Source: Ignavibacteriales bacterium | GTDB taxonomy: Bacteria; Bacteroidota; Ignavibacteria; T3Sed10-11 | Assembly: GCA_003567775.1 (NCBI GenBank) | Contig: PWYR01000083.1 | Span: forward strand, 833 to 64,832 | DNA length: 64,000 nucleotides | Direction: 5' to 3' | Shown: piece after piece, positions 31,064 through 39,858 of the stretch | How the letters are laid out: every line of letters begins with the position of its first letter | Position numbering within the stretch: the first letter of the stretch is position 1 | Position numbers and translations under genes: made by a program | Notes under the pieces: generated by a model | What the model saw: the letters and a program-made list of their open reading frames with translations, nothing else | Databases searched by the model: none | What the model was told of the DNA's origin: nothing

Positions 31064-33997
31064 CTATTTCTTTATCAAATCTTCCTGATTCATTAGTTTT
31101 GAGAACACTTCTCTTACTTTTTCTGTCAGGTCAACGAAGTAACTAACCGGGTCTTCCCTGATATTAAACATTCTCATTAAAATATTCTGTTCCTCAGCAC
31201 CAGTAGGCACCGAATTAGAGGAATCTTCTGCATAGATTCGGTTGAAATATTCCAGATACCGAAACTTATCATAAGCAGACCATAAAAAATCAACGGTATT
31301 CTTATCGCAAAACCCCAACCCCCTCATTTCGAAAAGAGCAGCTCTGGTAGATGACAGTCGCAACGATGTATCGGTTCGACCGGCATGTAATTGAATGGAT
31401 TGAACAAGAAATTCAATATCCATTAAGCCACCGGGACCGGTCTTCACATCAATGTAGTTATGCCTATTCATTTTTGATCTGCTCTCCGTTCGGTAACGCA
31501 TATTTCTTATTTCACCTATCCAACCATCATCAAGCGGTCGATTATAAACATAGTTCTCTATAATGGTATGGATCCGTGATGTTAGATTCTGCGGGCTCTC
31601 TATAACTCTTGCACGCACAAGTGATTGTCGCTCCCATAACGACGCTCTGTTTACAAGATACAACGCATATCCGTTCACCTCAACAGCCAACGGACCACTT
31701 CTACCTTCCGGTCGTAATCGCATATCTATTTCAAAGGGGATATGCAAATCATCGGTTGTCATACATCTTTGTATTAATTCTTTTGCAATTTTATTCGCTT
31801 CCTCCGTATCCATACCATTACCCGGTTCAAATAGTACTATCAAATCGAGATCCGCTCCCGGTCCGAGTTCATCACCGCTTAATTTGCCAAGCGATACGAT
31901 CGCTATTGGAGGTTCGCCAAGCTTATAGTCACGGTAAATTTCATAAAGAACTTCGCGGATTCTCCTCATTGCAATGAACGAAATCGTTCGATGGACTTCG
32001 TCAATTCTACATTTATCATTCATAAACCGGGCATGAATTGCAAAGTTTAAAAAGCGATCCGGGTAGTGGATTATCTCAGAGTCGATCAATGAGTCTGATC
32101 CAAGTATTATGTGTATATTGTTGATAAACAATTCAAGATCTTCCGGATACTTTGCCAATTGCAGGGCCAGCTTATTACTGTATCCACACACTTTCACCAA
32201 CGCTTTTCTGATACTTTTTTGTTGCATCGCGACATAAAAAGCATACGGATGGGGATATGCCTGCACGATCGATAAAAAATTTGCCAACGCACGATCAGGA
32301 TTTATTGCCGACGAAAAATCCTGAAGCAATCCGGGAGCAATAGAACGGAAAATTTCTTTTGTCTGAATATCATGATCGCCGATCCCAGGCGATGTTATTC
32401 CAAGCGCCAACTTTTTTAGCAACTCATTCGCACGCTCCTGATTGGTAAAACCGAATTCAGATAAATCTATATCTTGCGCGGCATCATCTTGACTTAGTAC
32501 ATAGTCAATGTATGAAGATTCGTCCTCCCCACCAAACACATTATGAAATATGTTCCTCACCCGCTTACGATATTCATTTATTTCTTTATCGAATTTTTCT
32601 AACGTTTCATAACCTGCCAACCGGGCAAACCGATTTCTTTCCTGAACGTCAACGGGTATGGAGTGGCTTTGAATGTTTTCATCGAGTTGCACCCGGTGTT
32701 CAAGTTTCCGAAAAAATATGTATGCACTTCGTAAAGCTTGATGCTCAAAATTTGTAAGATGATTTCGCGCGTGAAGAAGGTCGATAGCCGTAAGAGTCGT
32801 ATTGGATCGAATCTGTTTATCTTTTCCGCCGTAGAGAAGCTGCAGCGCCTGCACGATAAACTCTATGTCCCGGATTCCCCCGCGAAACAATTTTATGTTT
32901 GCCTGATCCGCCGAGTTTTTTTCAATACGCGTCTTCATCCTCGCTATTGTCTGACGGGGAGATTGAAATAAAGTAGCAGGATAAATAAACGGTTGTAAAG
33001 ATTCAAGAAACGACCAACCGAACGCAATATCTCCCGCTATAGGTCGCGCCTTGATCAACATCTGCCGTTCCCACAACTCTCCTCTTGTTTCGTAGTAGTT
33101 TCGGTATCCTTGCGCAGATCGAACCAGCGGTCCTGCTTTGCCATCCGGACGCAATCTCGAATCGACTCTATATAAATATCCTTCTTTTGTATGCTCGGTC
33201 ATTACCGAAATCCATTTATCTGCAACGGCGGTGTAAAGATCGATTGCGTGCATCTTCCGGCCGGAGTCGACAAGAAATTTCTCATCGTCACCCATAACAA
33301 ACATAATATCAATATCGGAGCTGTAATTAAGTTCTCGCCCGCCAAACTTACCGAGTCCGATTATTGTAAACTGCGCTATGGGAAGCACTTTATATTTCGC
33401 AATTATATCGTCGACTGTTATATTAAACACAACGGCAGATATCGCTTCTGCCAGATCGCTTATCTCCCCTACAATTATTTCAAACGACTCTTGCGCCAGT
33501 AAATCACGTAATCCGATGCGAAGGATCTCTCGTCTGTAAAACCGTCTGATTACATTAAACTGATTTTCCCGCTTATCAAACGGTTCGATTTGTTTCTCCA
33601 ACTCGCCAACGAAATCATTATGCGTTTTCGTAATCGATAAAACATCGGAAGTTGTTAACCAGCGAAAAAGCTCCGGATCTCTGACGATAATATCGGATAA
33701 AAACTGAGAATGCATTCCGATCTTCACAGCAAGATCCATTAAGACCGGATAACGGACAAGATCTCTTGCAAAGGATACACCGAATGATGCTTCGGTCATT
33801 CTGTAAACATTTAATAATGCTTTATCGGGCGCCGGCGCATTTGTAATGGCTGACATAAAGATACGGTGGAGATCATCGAGATTGTAAGATTTACCGCGAT
33901 CATCAAATGTCCCGATAAGGAGTTCAACCAACTTCCGGATCAGCATCCGCGCACGTTCCGTATCCTCAAAATGTTCTTTTAATTCGCTATCGTTCAT
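31064..33997 (-). CDS. glnE: bifunctional glutamine synthetase adenylyltransferase/adenylyl-removing enzyme GlnE
   Basis: 977 aa with two nucleotidyltransferase cores, GLGKFGGRELNYSSDIDIMFV and SLGKLSGDELGPGADLDLIVLF. Confidence 0.85.
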   Translation of the reverse strand: MNDSELKEHFEDTERARMLIRKLVELLIGTFDDRGKSYNLDDLHRIFMSAITNAPAPDKALLNVYRMTEASFGVSFARDLVRYPVLMDLAVKIGMHSQFLSDIIVRDPELFRWLTTSDVLSITKTHNDFVGELEKQIEPFDKRENQFNVIRRFYRREILRIGLRDLLAQESFEIIVGEISDLAEAISAVVFNITVDDIIAKYKVLPIAQFTIIGLGKFGGRELNYSSDIDIMFVMGDDEKFLVDSGRKMHAIDLYTAVADKWISVMTEHTKEGYLYRVDSRLRPDGKAGPLVRSAQGYRNYYETRGELWERQMLIKARPIAGDIAFGWSFLESLQPFIYPATLFQSPRQTIARMKTRIEKNSADQANIKLFRGGIRDIEFIVQALQLLYGGKDKQIRSNTTLTAIDLLHARNHLTNFEHQALRSAYIFFRKLEHRVQLDENIQSHSIPVDVQERNRFARLAGYETLEKFDKEINEYRKRVRNIFHNVFGGEDESSYIDYVLSQDDAAQDIDLSEFGFTNQERANELLKKLALGITSPGIGDHDIQTKEIFRSIAPGLLQDFSSAINPDRALANFLSIVQAYPHPYAFYVAMQQKSIRKALVKVCGYSNKLALQLAKYPEDLELFINNIHIILGSDSLIDSEIIHYPDRFLNFAIHARFMNDKCRIDEVHRTISFIAMRRIREVLYEIYRDYKLGEPPIAIVSLGKLSGDELGPGADLDLIVLFEPGNGMDTEEANKIAKELIQRCMTTDDLHIPFEIDMRLRPEGRSGPLAVEVNGYALYLVNRASLWERQSLVRARVIESPQNLTSRIHTIIENYVYNRPLDDGWIGEIRNMRYRTESRSKMNRHNYIDVKTGPGGLMDIEFLVQSIQLHAGRTDTSLRLSSTRAALFEMRGLGFCDKNTVDFLWSAYDKFRYLEYFNRIYAEDSSNSVPTGAEEQNILMRMFNIREDPVSYFVDLTEKVREVFSKLMNQEDLIKK

Positions 33998-34077
33998 AAT
34001 CTAAACGAAATGATATCAACCTTCATATAATGTTCCCAATCAATAAGTATACGAAAAAAGCGGCTAAAATCAACAAG

Positions 34078-34106
34078 TTGCAATTCCGATGCTATTCTTC
34101 TATATT
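34078..34106 (+). promoter_or_regulatory. candidate sigma-70-type promoter upstream of the EthD/crotonase genes
   Basis: TTGCAA-N17-TATATT, 57 nt upstream of the ATG at 34163. Confidence 0.4.
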
Positions 34107-34162
34107 TTAATTTGGTACAATAAATTCACCATTTAATACTCACCAATTTTAAAGGATTTATT

Positions 34163-34471
34163 ATGGTTAAACTAATCGCGCTGTATAAGAAACCCTCCGA
34201 CATTGAAGCTTTTGATGAACACTATAAGAATAACCATACTCCCCTCGTTAAGAAAATGCCGGGATTAAGAAAACTCGAGGTTTCAAAGATAACGAGCGCC
34301 ATCGGTGGGGAATCGAAATTTTACCTTCTTGCCGAAATGAATTTCGACAATGAAGATGCACTTAACGCAGCGATGGCATCACCCGAAGGTAAAGCTGCAG
34401 GAAAAGACCTAATGGATTTTGCCGGCGGTCTGGTTCACATGATGATTGCCGAGGTTGTGGAAGATGCATAA
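34163..34471 (+). CDS. EthD family protein (TIGR02118-like)
   Basis: 102 aa: MVKLIALYKKPSDIEAFDEHYKNNHTPLVKKMPGLRKLEVSK. This is the typical EthD/dimeric alpha-beta barrel pattern. Confidence 0.7.
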   Translation: MVKLIALYKKPSDIEAFDEHYKNNHTPLVKKMPGLRKLEVSKITSAIGGESKFYLLAEMNFDNEDALNAAMASPEGKAAGKDLMDFAGGLVHMMIAEVVEDA

Positions 34472-35384
34472 ATCAAAATACACCGGCAAGGATCCGGAGC
34501 AGCTTGAACTCAACAACCTGCTGTATACAAAAAAGAACAGAGTCGCTACTGTAACCATCAACCGTCCCAAATCACACAACGCGTTGAACTTCGAAACCGT
34601 TCGCGAACTACACCGCGTTTTTGAAGATGTGTCCTGGGATGACGACATTGCGGTTATGGTATTGACCGGGGCGGGAGATAAAGCGTTTTGCACCGGCGCA
34701 GATATTAAACAATGGCATGATGAGTTTATGTCGCATCCGGGCGATTTTTATAAATGGATGGGCGCGTTCATCGAGATGCATGACCGTCTTCGCAACATCG
34801 GCAAACCGTCGGTAGCGCGTCTCAACGGCATCGTTGTCGGGGGTGGAAATGAACTAAACATAGCATGCGATCTTGCCGTTGCAGCAGATGATATTTACAT
34901 CCGGCAGGTAGGACCTGCGCGCGGAAGCGTTCCGGCCGCGGGAGCAACTCAATGGCTGCCGCTTATTGTCGGCGACAGACGCGCCCGCGAAATTTTATTA
35001 CTTTGCGATGAAATTCCCGCAGAGAAAGCCCTTGAATGGGGCCTTGTAAACCGCATAATTCCACGGGGAAGATTAAACGATGCAGTGAAGGAAATGACCG
35101 ATAAGCTTATTAATAAACTGCCGGAAGTAACGCGCTACACAAAGCAGCAGCTTAACGTGTGGCGTGACCTGTCGTGGGGCATCACAATAGGGCATGCCCG
35201 AGACTGGTTAACGGTGCACACTTCCGCACCTGAGATTTATGAAGGGATAGATTCTTTTAAAAACAAGACACCGATTGATTATGAAAAAGTTCGCAAGGGA
35301 TTGCGCACGCAATGTTCATCCTGCGGCGCAACAATGCCGGTCCGTTATGCATTCTGCGGTGAGTGCGGCAAAGAGCTTGCATAA
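34464..35384 (+). CDS. enoyl-CoA hydratase/isomerase (crotonase) family protein with C-terminal zinc-ribbon
   Basis: Crotonase core (VTINRPKSHNALN, LTGAGDKAFCTGADI, GGGNELNIACD). The tail is CSSCGATMPVRYAFCGECGKEL (CxxC-N10-CxxC). ATG 34464 overlaps the EthD stop by 8 nt and is preferred to TTG 34446. Confidence 0.8.
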   Translation: MHKSKYTGKDPEQLELNNLLYTKKNRVATVTINRPKSHNALNFETVRELHRVFEDVSWDDDIAVMVLTGAGDKAFCTGADIKQWHDEFMSHPGDFYKWMGAFIEMHDRLRNIGKPSVARLNGIVVGGGNELNIACDLAVAADDIYIRQVGPARGSVPAAGATQWLPLIVGDRRAREILLLCDEIPAEKALEWGLVNRIIPRGRLNDAVKEMTDKLINKLPEVTRYTKQQLNVWRDLSWGITIGHARDWLTVHTSAPEIYEGIDSFKNKTPIDYEKVRKGLRTQCSSCGATMPVRYAFCGECGKELA

Positions 35385-35805
35385 ATTACTTCTTATATTT
35401 ACATTACTCACTCTATCCATCGACGCAGGGGAAGAGGATTATTTTGAGGAAAAATTGAATATCATCTTTTATCAATTCCTCGAAGAATCCGATGATGTTT
35501 TTATGGAAATTGTGCCGGGCGATCGTTTTCGCCTGCCGCTCATTCGCGGATACCAAGTACGTATAGACCATGACAAAATAGAGATCATTGCGCTAACCGG
35601 TAGGGAAGTTGTAGAACCCGATGGATATATCATGCCGAGCGGTCACGTCGCACAAGGTTATAATCTGGGCAGATTATCGACGCTTGAATATGAATTGCTC
35701 GTCCATTTCGATCATCAAACGGATCGGTACTTTTTTGCACTACGGGGTGATTCAATACGTGTTTCGCCGTTCAGGGATGAGTTTACAAACGTGGTTGTGC
35801 CGTGA
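35377..35805 (+). CDS. hypothetical small protein, possibly secreted
   Basis: The track ORF 35275-35805 overlaps the crotonase. TTG at 35377 would give (M)HKLLLIFTLLTLSIDAGEED, which looks like a signal peptide. ATG 35503 is an alternative start. No family recognised. Confidence 0.35.
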   Translation: MHKLLLIFTLLTLSIDAGEEDYFEEKLNIIFYQFLEESDDVFMEIVPGDRFRLPLIRGYQVRIDHDKIEIIALTGREVVEPDGYIMPSGHVAQGYNLGRLSTLEYELLVHFDHQTDRYFFALRGDSIRVSPFRDEFTNVVVP

Positions 35806-35967
35806 AAGGACTACTATTAAAACACAAAGAAAACGACAATGGCTGAACGTATAAAAAAAGAAATACATATAGCAAAATCATTTCAGGAAGCCGGCGGAAG
35901 AAAGATCTGGCTGACGCCGAAACGGTGAAAAAATATCTCAAATATAAAAACAAGTAAGCGGAATAAA

Positions 35968-36744
35968 ATGGATTACAAAACAATTCTCGTTACCACAAAC
36001 GACAAAGGGTTTGCACAAATTCAACTCAACAGACCACAAGTCTTGAATGCACTCAACCGCGAGGTTATGGACGAACTCGTGTCGGCGCTCGAAAGCCTTG
36101 ACGGAGACGATGCAATTAAATGTATAATTCTGACCGGTAACGAAAAAGCGTTTGCAGCAGGGGCAGACATAAAAGAGATGGCGGATGCTACCGCAGTCGA
36201 TATGCTCGTACGGGATCAACTCTCAAAGTGGGACAGGATTCGGAAAATTAAAAAGCCGCTTATTGCAGCCGTAAGCGGATTTGCACTCGGCGGCGGATGT
36301 GAGCTTTCGATGCTGTGTGATATTATCATCGCATCCGAAACGGCAACGTTCGGTCAACCGGAAATTAACATCGGTGTGATGCCGGGCGCGGGCGGAACAC
36401 AGCGCCTGACAAAAGCGGTCGGAAAATACCGGGCAATGGAGATGGTGCTCACCGGCAATTTCCTAAAAGCTGAAGAAGCGAAAAAAGCCGGGCTTGTTAA
36501 TAAAATTGTTCCGGTAGAAATGCTCATCGATGAAGCAGAAGAAATGGCAACATTAATTGCATCGAAACCGCCGGTTGCTTTGAAACTGGCAAAGGAATCG
36601 GTGCTGAAAGCATTCGATACGACGATTGAAACCGGTTTGGAATTCGAGCGAAAAAATTTCTACTTCCTCTTTTCAACCGAAGATCAGAAAGAAGGTATGA
36701 AAGCATTCGTGGAAAAAAGAAAGCCGCAATGGAAAGGCAAATAA
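35968..36744 (+). CDS. short-chain enoyl-CoA hydratase (crotonase; Crt/PaaF-like)
   Basis: 258 aa with IQLNRPQVLNALN, GNEKAFAAGADIKEM and GGGCELSMLCD. Confidence 0.85.
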   Translation: MDYKTILVTTNDKGFAQIQLNRPQVLNALNREVMDELVSALESLDGDDAIKCIILTGNEKAFAAGADIKEMADATAVDMLVRDQLSKWDRIRKIKKPLIAAVSGFALGGGCELSMLCDIIIASETATFGQPEINIGVMPGAGGTQRLTKAVGKYRAMEMVLTGNFLKAEEAKKAGLVNKIVPVEMLIDEAEEMATLIASKPPVALKLAKESVLKAFDTTIETGLEFERKNFYFLFSTEDQKEGMKAFVEKRKPQWKGK

Positions 36745-36753
36745 AAAAATTTC

Positions 36754-39700
36754 ATGGCTTCTACTGTCCTCACACCTGATAAAGATTTTACTCTCCCTGA
36801 CTTTACACTATTAAGGGCATCTGCAGGATCGGGCAAGACCCGAGCGCTCGCACACAGGTTTATGCAATTGATCTTATCAGACCGGATTAAAAAAAAATCT
36901 CTTACCAATATTCTTGCAATAACATTTTCAAACAATGCCGCCCGCGAGATGAAAGAACGGATCCTCAAGTGGTTGAAAGCTATTTATTCCGGCGATGAAG
37001 AACATCTCGAAGTGCTCGCTCATCTCACCGGACTCGACCATGCAATACTCAGGGAACGCGCGGGACACATAGTCGATCATATACTTGCTAATTATTCCGA
37101 TTTCCAGGTGAGAACAATCGACAGCTTCACGGCTTCGATCTTTCGATCATCGGCGCTTGAATTCGGCATCTCTCCGAATACCGAAATTCTTTTGCAAAAG
37201 AACCAACTAATAGATCAGGCATTTGAAAACTTTTTTCGAAGAGTAAGACCGGATACCGGCGAAGCCGCCGTTCTTGAAAAAGTGATCGATTATATTTTAT
37301 CACAAAAGAGTTCCGGCGCCAGATTTCCGTGGGATCCGACAGAAGTAATCATTACCGTATTCAAGAATCTGTATACACGGTTTGCGTCACTCCCGCATGA
37401 CGTCGTGGCGGAAGATCGCACAAAGGAAATGTCGGATATATTCACAGCTATTAAAGAACAGATACATAAGATCGATAAGTTTATCACTGAATCCGGTTTA
37501 GAGTATAACAGAAACGCCCGGTTCGATAATGCACTATCTGCGGTAAAACATAATGACCGTGATTATGCAATCGGGAGACGGCATAATGCCAATATCATCA
37601 AAAAAGGGAAAATGAACAAAAACCTGTTCGACGATTGGAATGAACAGGTAAACGAACTTCGCGACCAACTGAACGAACTTTATGCACGACTAACTCTTTA
37701 TTATGCACGGTCGTTTTACACCCCACATTTATTAAACTTCCGTAATTTTAGCGACATTCTCCGCAATGTGAAACGCGAACGCAATCAAATTTTTATTGAC
37801 GATATCGGGAAAATACTAACCTCATATTTGCATGAACAGATCATACCATATATCTATCTTATGCTCGGCGATACCGTGCATCATTACCTGATCGATGAGT
37901 TTCAGGATACATCTCCACTCCAATGGGCAGACCTGATGCCATTGATTGAGAATTCACTATCGCAAGGCGGGAGCTTATTCGCGGTAGGCGACACGAAGCA
38001 GGCGATTTATAAATTCCGCGGTGCCGATTTCAAGATCATGAAACAATTGGAGGAAAATCAAGTGTTCCTCTCAGCTTCACCAAACATAAAAGACCTTGAT
38101 ACAAATTATCGAAGCGATGAAAACATACTGCGCTTTAACGAATCATTTTTTAACGCAATACTCGATCATAATGAATACCGGGAAGCAGCACGGTTAAGCG
38201 GACTCGACCATCATATTCAGAATCCGTCAAATGAAAAGAAAGATAAAGGTTATGCCGAAAGCATTGTATATTTGCCCGAATCCCGTGGTGAAGAACCTCA
38301 TCCCGAACGACAGAAAATAATCGGAATCATTAATGATTCGCTGCATCGGGGGTACAGCTACAAAGATATCGCCGTCCTGACTTTTAGAAATAACGACGTA
38401 ACCAAGATAAGCGCGTGGCTTAGCGAAGAAAAAATCCGTTTTGTCTCATTCTCCAATCTCGATGTACGGAAACGCAAAATAACCGGGGAACTTATTTCAC
38501 TGCTGCAATTTCTTAATTCACCGATGGACGATCTGGCGTTTGCATCGTTCTGTCTTGGCGATATCTCCGGAAATTTGCTTGCACATAGCGATATTCCGGG
38601 AAATGAATTTATACAGTTTATCGGTAACGTCAGAAACGATGCGGAGAAATGTAAACACCCGCTTTACAAAAACATCCTGGAAGCTTATCCCGATTACTGG
38701 CATTCCTACCTTGAAAATCTATTTAACAAGGTGGGACATCTCTCTATTTACGATTTAACGTTAGACATTTATAAAACGTTTTCTTTATATAAAAACTTTG
38801 AGGACGAAGAAGCCGCGTTAACTAAATTTATCGAGGCAATTAAAGACTTCGAATCAACCGGCGCAAACAGTCTCCGTGCTTTTCTTGATCATGTGGCATC
38901 CGAAGATATGGAGTCGGAGTGGAATCTCGATACCCCCGAGAAAATCAACGCTGTGCAGTTAATGACGGTACATAAAGCAAAAGGATTGGGCTTTCCGGTT
39001 GTTATTATCGTATTATATAATGACCACCGAATGCAAGAAGATTTTTATATCGACGAAACCGGAGATCCTCCACGGTTACTCTATTTGAAAAAAGAATTTA
39101 CAAATGTTGAACCGACTCTGGATCAATTGTATAACTCACACCGGTTGGCAAGCCTGGCAGATTACCTGAACGGTCTCTATGTAGCATGTACCCGCGCCGA
39201 AGAAGAAATGTATCTTATCGGAGTGCCACCCCGAAACGTCGGAAAAACCAGTATCTTTTCATTTTTCCCTGATGATACATTCGGCGAGAAGACACAGCAT
39301 ACTCACCCGTTCTCTACCGATGAACAACACATCCCCGCATACCATCACACTCTACCGGCTCAATTCGATTTCGGAGATAGAATCCCCCTTACTATTTCCG
39401 AACTGCAACGGGGTGATCTGATCCATGAAATACTATCCGGCATCGATTTTATAGATGATACGCCCGAAAAGATAATCCAATCTTTGCTTGAAAGGTATCG
39501 CCAACAACACGGAACGATTCCCGACTTATCAATCAGCGAAGTAGTCAACGCAGTCACAAATTTTCTAAATACCGGCGAAATAAAAAAATACTTCGTAAAA
39601 GCAGATGAACGGATAATTCAAACTGAAATCGATATCACAGACGCAACCGGAAATTTATTCAGAGTCGACCGGCTTGTAATCGATAAAGACACAGTAACAG

Positions 39701-39858
39701 CGATCGATTTTAAAACAGGCGACGACCGGAGAGAAGCTGCCGGATATGAAAAACAAATCCGTAATTATATTAAAATACTTGCCGAGATCTACCGGGGAAA
39801 ATCAATCCACGGCATTCTTGCATACATCGATACGAAAAATATAAAGGTGGTTGCATGA
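36754..39858 (+). CDS. addA: UvrD/Rep-type helicase with C-terminal PD-(D/E)XK nuclease, AddA-like
   Basis: Walker A ASAGSGKT, DEFQDTSP, GDTKQAIYKFRGAD, TNYRS, and a C-terminal VDRLVIDKD...AIDFKTG nuclease motif. Confidence 0.75.
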   Translation: MASTVLTPDKDFTLPDFTLLRASAGSGKTRALAHRFMQLILSDRIKKKSLTNILAITFSNNAAREMKERILKWLKAIYSGDEEHLEVLAHLTGLDHAILRERAGHIVDHILANYSDFQVRTIDSFTASIFRSSALEFGISPNTEILLQKNQLIDQAFENFFRRVRPDTGEAAVLEKVIDYILSQKSSGARFPWDPTEVIITVFKNLYTRFASLPHDVVAEDRTKEMSDIFTAIKEQIHKIDKFITESGLEYNRNARFDNALSAVKHNDRDYAIGRRHNANIIKKGKMNKNLFDDWNEQVNELRDQLNELYARLTLYYARSFYTPHLLNFRNFSDILRNVKRERNQIFIDDIGKILTSYLHEQIIPYIYLMLGDTVHHYLIDEFQDTSPLQWADLMPLIENSLSQGGSLFAVGDTKQAIYKFRGADFKIMKQLEENQVFLSASPNIKDLDTNYRSDENILRFNESFFNAILDHNEYREAARLSGLDHHIQNPSNEKKDKGYAESIVYLPESRGEEPHPERQKIIGIINDSLHRGYSYKDIAVLTFRNNDVTKISAWLSEEKIRFVSFSNLDVRKRKITGELISLLQFLNSPMDDLAFASFCLGDISGNLLAHSDIPGNEFIQFIGNVRNDAEKCKHPLYKNILEAYPDYWHSYLENLFNKVGHLSIYDLTLDIYKTFSLYKNFEDEEAALTKFIEAIKDFESTGANSLRAFLDHVASEDMESEWNLDTPEKINAVQLMTVHKAKGLGFPVVIIVLYNDHRMQEDFYIDETGDPPRLLYLKKEFTNVEPTLDQLYNSHRLASLADYLNGLYVACTRAEEEMYLIGVPPRNVGKTSIFSFFPDDTFGEKTQHTHPFSTDEQHIPAYHHTLPAQFDFGDRIPLTISELQRGDLIHEILSGIDFIDDTPEKIIQSLLERYRQQHGTIPDLSISEVVNAVTNFLNTGEIKKYFVKADERIIQTEIDITDATGNLFRVDRLVIDKDTVTAIDFKTGDDRREAAGYEKQIRNYIKILAEIYRGKSIHGILAYIDTKNIKVVA

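Noticed and set aside
35275-35376. N-terminal extension of ORF 35275-35805
   Set aside because: It lies inside the 3' end of the crotonase gene in another frame, so a later start (TTG 35377 or ATG 35503) is more plausible.
35839-35928. 29-aa ORF MAERIKKEIHIAKSFQEAGGRKIWLTPKR
   Set aside because: It vaguely resembles the N-terminus of small SFEEAE...W-type proteins and could be a truncated remnant. It is too short and uncertain to call.
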